From Deltaproteobacteria bacterium (GTDB lineage Bacteria; Myxococcota_A; UBA9160; SMWR01), in contig JAQBHB010000093.1 of NCBI GenBank assembly GCA_032128115.1, positions 32,001 through 96,000 of the forward strand: a stretch of DNA of 64,000 nt. The letters run 5' to 3'. Position 1 is the stretch's first letter. Each line of letters begins with the position of its first letter. Shown piece by piece: positions 1-9,522 of the stretch. The notes under the pieces are model-generated. The model ran no database searches and was not told the origin of the DNA. It saw nothing but the letters and a program-made list of their open reading frames with translations. The translations under genes and the position numbers were made by a program.

Positions 1-829
1 CCGGCTTTCCGTTCATGACCGTGGTGCGGATGATCCTCTTCTGGACCATGGGCACCTCGCGCAGCGCCAACTCGACCCCCAGATCGCCTCGGGCCACCAT
101 GGTGCCGCTGGCCACCGATACGATCTCCTCCAGGTTCCGGACGCCCTCCCGGTTCTCGATCTTCGCGATGATCGGAATCTGGCCGCCGAATTCCTCCAGC
201 ACATTGCGGATCTCCAAGACATCGGCGCCCGTGCGGACGAACGAGGCCGCGATGTATTCGATGTGGTGCTCGCAGGCGAAGCGCAGGTCATCGCGGTCCT
301 GTGTGCTCATGGAGTGGCGTTCGAAGGCGGTGTCCGGAAGATTCACGCCCTTGCGGTCCGCCAGACGACCGCCTCGCTTGATCTCGCACTCGATCCCGTC
401 GTCGCGGACCTCCTGCACGCGCAATTCGATCACGCCGTCGTCCAGCAGGATCGGCGAGCCCGGGACGAGGGTTGCGGGCACCTCCGACAGGGAGATCGAG
501 ACGCCTCGGGCGTCGCCCACCCGGTCATCCGTGAAGAGGGTGAAGCTTGCGCCGGTGGTGAGATGGGCGGCCCCGCCCTCCATGCGGCCTGTCCGGACCT
601 CGACACCCTTGGTATCGAGCATGATCGCCACATTGGCGTCGAGCCGCGCCGCGGCCTCGCGCACGCACTCGAGCCGCTTGCGGTGCTCGGCGTGGGAGCC
701 GTGAGAGAAGTTGAAGCGCGCCACGTTCATGCCGGCGCGGATCATGGCTTCGATCGTCGCCGGCGCATCGGAAGCCGGTCCGATCGTGGCAATCACCTTG
801 GTCTTTCGGAGAATCCGATTTCGGGCCAC
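1..829 (-). CDS. pyk: Pyruvate kinase (5' part; runs off the window start)
   Basis: Manual translation from GTG 829 (GAGGA RBS upstream): VARNRILRKTKVIATIGPASD...AGMNVARFNFSHG...LDTKGVEVRTG, later IIAKIENREG and MVARGDLGVE. Not in the ORF track because the stop lies outside the window. Confidence 0.95.
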   Translation of the reverse strand, partial: MARNRILRKTKVIATIGPASDAPATIEAMIRAGMNVARFNFSHGSHAEHRKRLECVREAAARLDANVAIMLDTKGVEVRTGRMEGGAAHLTTGASFTLFTDDRVGDARGVSISLSEVPATLVPGSPILLDDGVIELRVQEVRDDGIECEIKRGGRLADRKGVNLPDTAFERHSMSTQDRDDLRFACEHHIEYIAASFVRTGADVLEIRNVLEEFGGQIPIIAKIENREGVRNLEEIVSVASGTMVARGDLGVELALREVPMVQKRIIRTTVMNGKP

Positions 830-862
830 GACGCATCCTCGAATCACGGGGGGTGGTTCGGG

Positions 863-1759
863 CTAGGGAAGGCAGACCTCGCCGAGGTCTTCGAAATCCG
901 GGGGCTCGATCTGGATGGTGGCGTGTCCGATCCCGAAGCGCTTGTGCAAGATCTGCGAGACCTCGCGCAACAGGGCGACATGCCCCTCGTCTTCCACGGC
1001 CACAACGTGTCCCGTGAGCGATACGCGTCCGCTGGCGATGGTCCACACGTGCAGATCGTGAACGGCTGCCACGCCCGTCAGCGCCAGCAGGGAGGCCTGG
1101 ATCTCCTGGACATCCAGGTGCGCAGGCGCGCCTTCCATGAGCACGGCCGTGGCCTCGCGCACGAGAGACCACGAGGACCAGATGATGAGACCTGCGATCA
1201 GCAGCGAGGCCAGGGGGTCGGCCCAGGTCCAGCCAAACGCCCAGATCAGCGCTCCCGCGGCCATGGCCCCGATGCTTCCCAAGGCGTCGCTCAACACGTG
1301 CAGCCAGGCGCCGCGCAGGTTCAAGCTGTCGTGCCTGCCCGCGTTCAGGATGGCGAGTCCCGCCAGGTTCACGGCGAGCCCGCCCGCGGCGACCAGGAGC
1401 ATGCTTCCGCCCAGTACCGGGTGCGGCTGGCCGATCCGCTCCCAGGCTTCCAGGCCGATTCCTACGGACACGCACACCAGCAGGATGCCGTGGATCAAGG
1501 CCGCCAGGATCTCGGCGCGGTGGAAGCCGTAGGTTCGCGCAGCGGTGGGTGGCCGTTGGGTGATGCGCAGCGCCGCGACGGTCATGGACAGCGCCACCAC
1601 GTCGGAGAGCATGTGCCCGGCATCGGCGAGCAGGGCCAGCGAGCCCGTGTACAGGCCTCCGATGATCTCTGCGACCATATAGGTCGCGGCCAGCCCCAGG
1701 GCAAAGAGAAGCCGTCGTTGGTTGGCGTCGCCGCTCGCGTGCGCGCGATGGTCGTGCAT
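863..1759 (-). CDS. Cation diffusion facilitator (CzcD/ZitB-like Zn/Co/Cd efflux)
   Basis: SLALLADAGHMLSD, TYGFHRAEILAA, HVLSDALGS, VHDLHVWTI and HATIQIE motifs. Confidence 0.93.
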   Translation of the reverse strand: MHDHRAHASGDANQRRLLFALGLAATYMVAEIIGGLYTGSLALLADAGHMLSDVVALSMTVAALRITQRPPTAARTYGFHRAEILAALIHGILLVCVSVGIGLEAWERIGQPHPVLGGSMLLVAAGGLAVNLAGLAILNAGRHDSLNLRGAWLHVLSDALGSIGAMAAGALIWAFGWTWADPLASLLIAGLIIWSSWSLVREATAVLMEGAPAHLDVQEIQASLLALTGVAAVHDLHVWTIASGRVSLTGHVVAVEDEGHVALLREVSQILHKRFGIGHATIQIEPPDFEDLGEVCLP

Positions 1760-1819
1760 GCGGGGTCGAGGGTGCGAGGAACGGGGCCCGTTGTCCAGCC
1801 ACGTCCAGGAATGCGATTC

Positions 1820-1865
1820 GGGAACGAGGCTGGAAATCAGGGGGGAACGAGCCTGGAAATCAGGG
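1820..1865. repeat. 23-bp tandem duplication x2 (GGGAACGAG[G/C]CTGGAAATCAGGG)
   Basis: Two adjacent copies with 1 mismatch; overlaps the stop codon of the 1860-2342 gene. Confidence 0.9.
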
Positions 1866-2342
1866 GGGTCCGACCACGAAGGTGGAACTCTTCTCGAAGA
1901 CCGCCTGGGCGCTAGTGAACTTCACCTCCAGGGCGTAGATCCCCGGCTCGGCATTCACTGGCAGGGCGATGAACGAGTCCACGACCCAGCGCCCCGGCTT
2001 GATCTCGTACGAGCGGTCGGCATCCGAGACGATGGGCAGGCCCTTGAAGCGGATGCTCATCAGGAGCCGCCCGCGAACCACTTCGGTCGAGCGTTGCGGA
2101 CACATGGCGTACACCAGGCGATGGGCGAACTCGCCGCCGGGCTTGAGACGCTTGGGTACCAGGTCGCTCTTCTCGACCACCAGGAAGGGTCGCTCCTGGG
2201 TATCGCATGCGTACTCTTCCCACACCGCATCGGGGAAGCTCTTGAGCCGGTCGCCGGGCTTGCGAAGGGACTTCTGGATCGCGGCGCAACCCAGTGCGCA
2301 CAGGAGGGCCAGGGCCGCCGTCAGCGCCTTCGAATGACCCAA
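1860..2342 (-). CDS. Hypothetical lipoprotein
   Basis: 160 aa; hydrophobic N-terminus ending in lipobox-like ALGC; start overlaps the kinase 3' end. Confidence 0.7.
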   Translation of the reverse strand: MGHSKALTAALALLCALGCAAIQKSLRKPGDRLKSFPDAVWEEYACDTQERPFLVVEKSDLVPKRLKPGGEFAHRLVYAMCPQRSTEVVRGRLLMSIRFKGLPIVSDADRSYEIKPGRWVVDSFIALPVNAEPGIYALEVKFTSAQAVFEKSSTFVVGPP

Positions 2343-3715
2343 TCCGCCTGTCCCTCCGGCGCAGCGTCAGGCAGCTCCTCCGCGGGCTTCTGCCGCGAAG
2401 CGGGGGGCCGGCTGGGCCGGGACGGACGCCGCCGCTCCTTCTGGTCGGCCGTTTCGGCCCGGGAGTTGACCCTGGGATCGACGGCAGGAGGCGTGGCGGG
2501 GGCAGAAGCCTCCGCGGGACCGGGGTCGAGGGGGGCGGCGGAGGCCGTGGGGTCGGGGGCTGCTGCGGCGGCCTTTCCCTCGCTGGGGGCACTTCCCAGG
2601 ACCAGCCAGTTCAGGCCCAGCAGCAACAGGCCCAGGCTGATCGCGCAAAGGGCCACGCGCTCTGGCACCCCGGCCGGGATCTGCCTCCGGAGGCCTGTCC
2701 CGTATCGCCTCAAGGTCCCGTATCGCCTCAAGAACGGGAGCCAGCTCTCCCGGGCCAGGGCAAGGGCACCCGTCAGGGCCCGGCGCGCCCGGGTTGCGAG
2801 TTGGACGAGCTGGCCCGTGCGGCGGGGCACGCCCATCAGCCTGCCCACTTCGAGCTCCGACAGGGTGTACTCGGCGGTCGTGGCCTCGCTGGCGGCACGG
2901 ATCGGGCCGGCGGCGGCCTCCAGGTGGGCGCGAAATTCCTCGGCCACGGTGAAGCGGCCCTCCGGGTCCTTCTCCACCGCCCGCAAGATCACCGCTTCCA
3001 GTTCCGGAGGGATGCCCGGGGCGAAGCGGCTGGGGGGCGCGGGCGCGTGCTCGATCTGGGCCCGCATCACCTCGTAGTCGCTCTCGCAGTCGAACGGCAG
3101 GCGTCCGGTCAACAGGTGGTAGAGCAGGATACCGAGCGAGTAGATGTCCGAGCGGGCGTCGGTGTCGTGGCCGCGCACCTGCTCGGGCGACATGTATTGC
3201 ACGGTGCCAACCATGTGGCCGGTCTGGGTGAGACGGCTCGAGCCCAGGGCCCGCGCGATGCCGAAGTCCATCACCTTCACCACCCCGCGCTCGGTCAGCA
3301 TGATGTTCGAGCCCTTCAGGTCCCGATGCACGAAGCCCAGCTCATGGGCGTAACCGATGCCGTCGAGCACCTGGAAGAACAGGGGCAGGGCGCTCACCAC
3401 CGGCAGGCCCCCGCTGCCGCGGATCAGCTCATGGAAGGTCGTGCCGTGCACGTACTCCATCACCATGAACAGGGCGTCGCGGTGCTCGATCAGGCTGTAG
3501 AGCGTGGCGATGTTGGGGTGATTGAGCCGGCCCAGGGTCCGGGCCTCGATGCGAAACCGCTCGACCACCTCGGGGCGCGCGGCGAAATCCGGACGCAGCA
3601 GCTTCACGGCCACGTCGCGATCCAGCAGCACGTCGTTGGCCCGGTAGACCTGGCCGACGCCGCCTTCGCCGATCAGATCGAGGAATCGATAGTTGTCGAT
3701 CTGGAGGCCGATCAT
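2321..3715 (-). CDS. Hanks-type Ser/Thr protein kinase with TM helix and Pro/Ala-rich C-terminal tail
   Basis: From ATG 3715: GEGGVGQVY, VAVKLL, HRDLKGSN, DFG, YMSPEQ, SDIYSLG; hydrophobic segment ALCAISLGLLLLGLNWLVL. Confidence 0.93.
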   Translation of the reverse strand: MIGLQIDNYRFLDLIGEGGVGQVYRANDVLLDRDVAVKLLRPDFAARPEVVERFRIEARTLGRLNHPNIATLYSLIEHRDALFMVMEYVHGTTFHELIRGSGGLPVVSALPLFFQVLDGIGYAHELGFVHRDLKGSNIMLTERGVVKVMDFGIARALGSSRLTQTGHMVGTVQYMSPEQVRGHDTDARSDIYSLGILLYHLLTGRLPFDCESDYEVMRAQIEHAPAPPSRFAPGIPPELEAVILRAVEKDPEGRFTVAEEFRAHLEAAAGPIRAASEATTAEYTLSELEVGRLMGVPRRTGQLVQLATRARRALTGALALARESWLPFLRRYGTLRRYGTGLRRQIPAGVPERVALCAISLGLLLLGLNWLVLGSAPSEGKAAAAAPDPTASAAPLDPGPAEASAPATPPAVDPRVNSRAETADQKERRRPSRPSRPPASRQKPAEELPDAAPEGQADWVIRRR

Positions 3716-3810
3716 CGCGAGGCCGAAGTCCTCTCCCCGCGGGGAGTCCGTGTCGATCAGGCTCCCCGGGCGAACGAGTCCCGTTCGCCCTCGATATCGG
3801 ACGTCTCGCC

Positions 3811-6800
3811 CTAGGCCATGAGGTCGCCGTACTTGGAAAGGGTCTCCACGGCCTCCGGGGGAAGGCTGGGCGGCTCCTTCCCCACCGCGTAGCAGCCCAC
3901 GATCACCTGGGCGGTGCGCTCGACGATCTCGCACATGTCGGCGGCCCGCCGCAGGCTGCGGCCGGCCACCAGCAGCCCGTGGTTCTGCATCAGCACGGCC
4001 CAGCCGTCCCCCATGGCCTCGACGATGGCGTCGGCCAGCTCCTGGGTGCCGGGCATCACGAATGGAATGCGCCCGATGTTGACCAGGAAGGCGGCCTCGG
4101 TGGAGATGGGCAGGAACGGCAGGCCGGTGTTGGCCAGGATGGTGGCGTAGGGCGCGTGGCAGTGGATCACGGCCTGGGCCTCGGCGCGCGCCTCGAGCAC
4201 CGCGGTGTGCATGAGGGCTTCGCTGGAGGGAGAGCGCGCACCCGGGTCGAGGGCCCGGCCATTCATTCCGATGCGCACCAGGATCTCGGGCGATAGATCC
4301 CCCTTGAAGAGCTGGCTGGGAGTGATCCAGGCCTCGTCCGGGGTCTCCTGCGTCCGCACGCTCACGTTTCCACCGGTCGCCGTGATGAGCTGGCTCGCGT
4401 AGAGCTCGTTCACGATCTGCACCAGATCGTGGCGCACGTCGCCTGCGGTCGCGGGCCTGGCCTTCGCGCTGGTGCTGCCGGCGTTGGGATCGGGGATCGA
4501 GGTGAGGTCGCCCGGATCCCCGATCTCCGCGCGCGCGGCCCGGTACAGGCGATTCAGGTCGCCCTGGATGTGGGTGAGCGTCATGGCCTTGGCGGCGTCG
4601 CCACTGAACGACAGTTCGCCGTTCATGGCCGACTCCATGGCGTTTCGCCGGCCGGTGAACATGCCGTCGAACAGATCGGCCTTCATCTTCAGCTCGACGC
4701 CCGCGTCCGAGGTCGGTGGTCCCATGGCCCCGGTAACGGCGCCGCCCTCGAATCCGAAGTGGCACGAAAGACCCAGGTCCGACAGGGTGAAGTGGAGCAG
4801 CACCTCCTGTCCATTGGCGGCGATGCTGCGGAGGTTCTCGTCGCGAACGACGTGTGCGACGAACGCACCCATCAGGCTCTCCATCTTGTTTCGGATCTCC
4901 ACGGCTGCGGGTTCCTCCTGGTTTCGTGCCGCCGGCGGGGCGGCTTGCGAGGTGCTCCTGGGGGTGTGGGCCTTCTTGTCGCGTTGCAGATCACTCACCG
5001 CGGGAGCGGGCCCTCGCCCCAGGCGCTCGGCCAGCTCGGGCGACGGCTCGGGGCGCGGCACGGACCAGACGAAGGTCCGAAGCGTCTGGGGATTGAGCAC
5101 GCTGCGCGGCGTCTCGCCGCGTCGCAATCGCTCCAGATCGTCGGCGATGATCCGGCCCTGGTGGGCCGCCACCTCCACGGTGTTGCCGCCCACGTGGGGC
5201 GTTGCGATCACGTTTTCCATGGCCAGCAACGGGTGGTCGGATCCGGGCGGCTCGACTGCGAAGACGTCGAGCGCGGCGCCACCCAGGTGGCCCGACTGCA
5301 GGGCTTCGACCAGGGCGCCTTCGTCCACGAGGGCTGCGCGCGCCGTATTGATCAGGCAGCTGCCCGCCTGCATGAGCGCCAGCTGGTCGGCGCCGATCAG
5401 ACCGCGTGACGCGTCGGTCACTGCAGCGTGGAGCGACACGAAGTCGCTGCTGCGCAGCAGGTCGGAAAGTGACGCGGGCTCCGCGCCGGCCAGGCGGATC
5501 GCGTCGTCGTCGAGGAACGGGTCGTGGACCAGGCAGTTCGCGCCGAACGGCCGCAGACGCTCCACCACCTTGCGTCCCACGGCGCCCAGGCCCACCAGAC
5601 CCACGGTCTTGCGCCACAGCTCGCGACCGCGCAGGCTGCCGAAGGCCTGGCCCATGCGGCCCATGTCGCCGGCCTCGCCCCCCCGGTTCGCGCAGGAAGG
5701 CGGTTGCCTGGGGCAGTCGCCGCGCCAGCATCAGCAGGAACGCCAGGGCCAGGTCCGCCACCGCGTCGGCGTTCCGACCCGGAGTGTGCAGCACCGGGAT
5801 GCCAAGCTCCGTGCAGGCGTTCAGGTCCACGTTGACCGCATCGCCACGGCACACGCCGATGGCGCGCAGGTCGCGGGCCGCCAGCAAGGAGCCCGCGTCT
5901 ACCACGTCGATCTCGGTTACGAAGATGTGTACGCCCTTCAGGGCCTCCACCAGGGCCGGGCCGGTGAGCAGGCGCATGGCTTCCCGGTAGCTGTGGTACG
6001 CGACGTCGCCGATCTCGCCCAGGGCGGCCAGGCCGGACTCGTCCATGTCCGCGGCCACCAGGATCCGGGGCCGGAACGAAGTGAGCGGGCTCGCGGATTT
6101 CGATCCACCGCCGCTCAAGATTCCGCGCACGACCAGACCCGCGGCCAGGGCGTTGGCCTCTTGTTGCGCGCCGCGCACACCGGACCAGACCGAATACAGA
6201 TCCGCATAGGACGCGGCTCGCGCGTCGTCGGGGTCGTGAGCCCGGCTGGACTTCGAAAGCTGCTTTGCGCCCTCGGCCAGATCGCCGAAGACCCCCGCGG
6301 CCACCCCGGCGCACACGGCCGCGCCCAGGGCGCTTGCTTCTCGGGCGGCGACTTCCACCCGGCGACCCGTCGCGTCACTCAGCAGCCCGGTGAAGAAGGC
6401 GTTGCGCGACATGCCGCCGCAAACAAGCAGGCTCTCGGGCTCGGCGCCCGTGGTGGCGAGTACCTGCTCCAGGTTCGCTCGCATCCCGAAGGCCATGCCC
6501 TCGACGATGGACCGGGCCAGGTGCCGCCGACGCTCCGGCTCGGCGGCGCACAGGTGCGACAGGGTGAGGTTGCCGATGGGCAGACCCATGGCGCGCGCGT
6601 CCATCAGCTCGGCGCCAAGGTTCGACACCAGCCCGGCGGCTCCCACCTGGGATTGCGACGCCTCGGCCATCAAGTGCACCACCGGGTGGGACGCCTCCGG
6701 GTACAAGAGCCCCGCGATCCAATCCAGGGCCTCGCCCACCCCGCCGCCGTTGCTCTCCAGGGCCCAGAGCCCGGGCACACAGTGATGGACTCCCCACATG

Positions 6801-7645
6801 CGGGCGTCGTCATCGATCGTGGCCGAGGCGAGCACCTGTTGCACCGGCGCCGAAGTGCCCGCCACCACGCACACCTGGCCGGCGGAAATCGCGCCGGCTC
6901 CCAACAGACCACTCTGGGTGTCGCCGCCGGCCACCGCCACGGGCGTGCCGGGGCGCAGGCCGAAGTCGGCGGCCATCGCGTCGCGCACCTCGCCCAGCCG
7001 GGTTCCCGCCGGGCGCACCGCCGGGAACAGGCCGCGCGGAAGCGCCAGGCGCTCGATCCAATCCCACGCCCACTCGCCGCTGTGCAGATCGAACAGCAGC
7101 GTCTCACTCGCCTGGGAGGGCTCGCTGGCCTGCTCGCCGCACAGCCGCCACGCGACCCAGTCGCTGACTGCCAGGTGCACCGCGGCGCGCGCAAACGACT
7201 CCGGCTCGTTCTCGGCCATCCAGCAGAGGCGGCCCGCTGGCTGCACCGGGTTGGGCCAGTGGCCGGTGCGCCGATGCAGCTCCTTCCCGTGCGCAGCCGC
7301 GAGTTCGACGATCCGACCCAGGCCCCGGGCGTCCCGGTTCGGTGCGGCCAACAGTTCGCGGCCCTCGCCATCGAGCACCACGCTGGCGTGGCGCATGCTG
7401 GTGGCGGCCACTCCGAGGATCGTGTCCGGGGTGGCGCCGGCTCGCGCGCAGGCCTCGCGTGCGGATTCCGCCAGCAGCGACCAGGTGCGCTCGACCGGAA
7501 TCGAGGCGGCGGCCGGGTGGGCCGGATCGGCGTCCATCCGCCAGGCGCGGAATGCGGTGGTGACGACGCCACTGTCCACGTCGACCAGCAGGCAGCGGCC
7601 ACCGCCGCCGCCAAAATCCAGGCCCATGAGGAAGCGAGCGCTCAA
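3811..7645 (-). CDS. Multidomain fusion: FGGY carbohydrate kinase + D-2-hydroxyacid dehydrogenase + SCP2 + class II aldolase (one-base frameshift at 5678-5684)
   Basis: Upstream frame: MGLDFGGGGGR, SQASETLLFD, GGDTQ (FGGY), then the dehydrogenase N-lobe (TPGRNADAVAD). Downstream frame: GLVGLGAVG, INTAR, LDVFAVEP, TPHVGG; SCP2-like AMNGELSFSGD; aldolase GGNVS, PSSE, HCH, NHG. Removing one G from the G7 run joins the two frames. Confidence 0.8.
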
Positions 7646-7790
7646 TTGCGGGTCTCCCGTGGTCAGGGAATCCGATTCTACCCCGGGAGCCGCAGAATGC
7701 GGGGAGACGTATCGGCGCTGGCAGGAGATCGGAGCCCACGGCGGCGCCGTGCTAGGGTGCGCCCGGCCGGGCTCGCAATGCCCGGCGGGG

Positions 7791-8771
7791 ATGGAGCGCG
7801 GCGTGCGCATCAATCCGGTGCTTCTCGCAGGACTGGCTGTGTTGGCGACGCTTGTCACCCCGGCGGCGGCGAGTGACACCGGTGTCAGCCTGCGCTGGCT
7901 CGGGGTGGCCGGATTCACCATCGCCGACGCCGATGGCGCGATCCTCCACGATCCCTACATGAGCCGTCCGGGACTGCTCGAGACGGTCTTCACGTGGTAT
8001 CGCCCGGATCCCCAGGTGCTGTCGCCGTTGCTCGGGCCCGGCAGTCCCGCGCCGGAAATGGCCCGGGCGGATCTCATCCTGATCGGGCACAGCCATTTCG
8101 ACCATCTGGGCGACGCGCCCTGGATTGCCCAGCGCACCGGCGCCACGGTGGCGGGCTCGCGCACCAGCGTGATGCTTTCCCGCGCCTACGGCGTGGCTGA
8201 AGCGCGAACCCGCCAGGTGGACGCCGGTGACGTCTGGAACCACGGTTCGTTCGAGATTCGCGTGATCGAGAGCCGCCACGCCCGGGTGCTGTTCGGTGAG
8301 GTGCCGCTGGAGGGCGAAGTCGACGAGCCGCCCGAGGCCCCGGTGCACGTACTTTCGTTTCCGCTGGGCGACGCCCGCAGCTACCTGGTGACCCACCGCC
8401 CCAGTGGCATCCGGATCTTCACCCTGAGCAGTGCCGACCGGCACGCGCCGGCGCTCGAGGCCCTGCGCCGGGAGGGCATCCAGGTGGACGTGTTGTTGGC
8501 CGCGATCATGGGGCGGGATCCGGACTTCGCCCGCGACCTGGTGGTGGCGCTCGAGCCCCGCATCGTGGTGCCCCACCACTTCGAGGATTTCTTCACCGCA
8601 CTCGACGATCCCGAGGCGGTTGCACCGCGCAACCCGGAAGATCTGGCGGCGTTCGAAGACGAAATCCACCGGGCGGCGGCGGACGCGGGAGTCGACGTGG
8701 AGGTTCGCAGGCTCGACCTGTTCGGGGTGCTGGACGTATCGGCATCGCATCGGCGGAGGAGTGGGCCGTGA
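7791..8771 (+). CDS. Secreted metallo-beta-lactamase-fold hydrolase (UlaG-like family)
   Basis: Signal-peptide-like N-terminus (LLAGLAVLATLVTPAAA), WLGVAGF, HSHFDH metal motif, VPHHFE. Start could be 7791 or 7803. Confidence 0.85.
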   Translation: MERGVRINPVLLAGLAVLATLVTPAAASDTGVSLRWLGVAGFTIADADGAILHDPYMSRPGLLETVFTWYRPDPQVLSPLLGPGSPAPEMARADLILIGHSHFDHLGDAPWIAQRTGATVAGSRTSVMLSRAYGVAEARTRQVDAGDVWNHGSFEIRVIESRHARVLFGEVPLEGEVDEPPEAPVHVLSFPLGDARSYLVTHRPSGIRIFTLSSADRHAPALEALRREGIQVDVLLAAIMGRDPDFARDLVVALEPRIVVPHHFEDFFTALDDPEAVAPRNPEDLAAFEDEIHRAAADAGVDVEVRRLDLFGVLDVSASHRRRSGP

Positions 8772-9454
8772 GGCGGCGCATCGGAAATCTGGGGCGCTTC
8801 GGAACCCTGCTGGTGGTGTTGGTGCTCTTTATCGCTCTTGCCCCGTTCGTCGAGGGCGATGGTGTCGGTTTCGCGCGCTACGGCGCCTACTTCACGCTGG
8901 TGCTGGTGGCGTCTGTCTACGCCGTGAGCCAGCGCCGGCCCGTGCTGCTCGTGGGCATCGCTCTGGCGATTCCCGCGATCGGCTTGCGCTGGGTGCGCTT
9001 CGTCGACTCCTCCCCCTGGTGGGTTCTCGCCGATGCGGTGGCCGCGGTGGCGCTGCTGGGCTTCGTCATCTCCGTGCTGCTGCGCGCAATCCTCGGCAGC
9101 TGCCGCGTCACCACCGACACCATCTTTGGCGGGATCTGTGTCTACCTGCTGTTGGGCGTGGCGTGGGCCGAGATGTACCAGTGCCTGGAGATCATGCAGC
9201 CGGGATCGTTCGAGATCAGCTGGTCGGCGGCGTCCTACGAGACGCTGGATTCGGCGGCGGCGCAGTCGTTCCGCTTCGTCTACTTCAGTTTCGTGACCCT
9301 GACGACGCTCGGCTATGGCGAGATTTTTCCGGTCTCATCGAAAGCCCAGTCCCTGGCGCTTCTGGAGGCGGTGTCGGGCCCCCTGTTCCTGGCGATCTTC
9401 GTCGCCCGGCTAGTGGGTCTCCACATGGCGAGCCTGCAACGGCCGGACGGCTGA
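8768..9454 (+). CDS. Potassium channel family membrane protein (Ion_trans_2)
   Basis: Several TM helices; pore signature YFSFVTLTTLGYGE. Confidence 0.88.
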   Translation: MRRRIGNLGRFGTLLVVLVLFIALAPFVEGDGVGFARYGAYFTLVLVASVYAVSQRRPVLLVGIALAIPAIGLRWVRFVDSSPWWVLADAVAAVALLGFVISVLLRAILGSCRVTTDTIFGGICVYLLLGVAWAEMYQCLEIMQPGSFEISWSAASYETLDSAAAQSFRFVYFSFVTLTTLGYGEIFPVSSKAQSLALLEAVSGPLFLAIFVARLVGLHMASLQRPDG

Positions 9455-9522
9455 TGAGCCCGTGACGCCCCCGGCGGAGGGGGCTTCAGGGAGCCTTCCG
9501 TCGCGCCGATCCGTCTCGGGCC

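Noticed and set aside
3716..4765. Long N-terminal extension on the Ser/Thr kinase (814-aa ORF)
   Set aside because: It is an alternative frame over the aldolase domain; the kinase fold starts at ATG 3715.
6798..7790. ORF-track extensions on the MBL hydrolase (likewise SDR 56702-58633 and SPFH 61046-62266)
   Set aside because: These are open frames overlapping neighbouring real genes; the true starts are marked by signal peptides or family motifs.
4472..7876. 1134-aa plus-strand ORF (also 29023-32430, 20808-23594, 38061-40265 and similar)
   Set aside because: These are antisense shadows of well-supported genes, common in high-GC DNA, with no recognisable motifs of their own.
7791..8771. MBL hydrolase as PqqB partner of the peptide
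   Set aside because: It has a signal peptide, lacks the PqqB N-terminal GxxAGGGxPQWNC motif, and lies on the opposite strand about 2.4 kb away.
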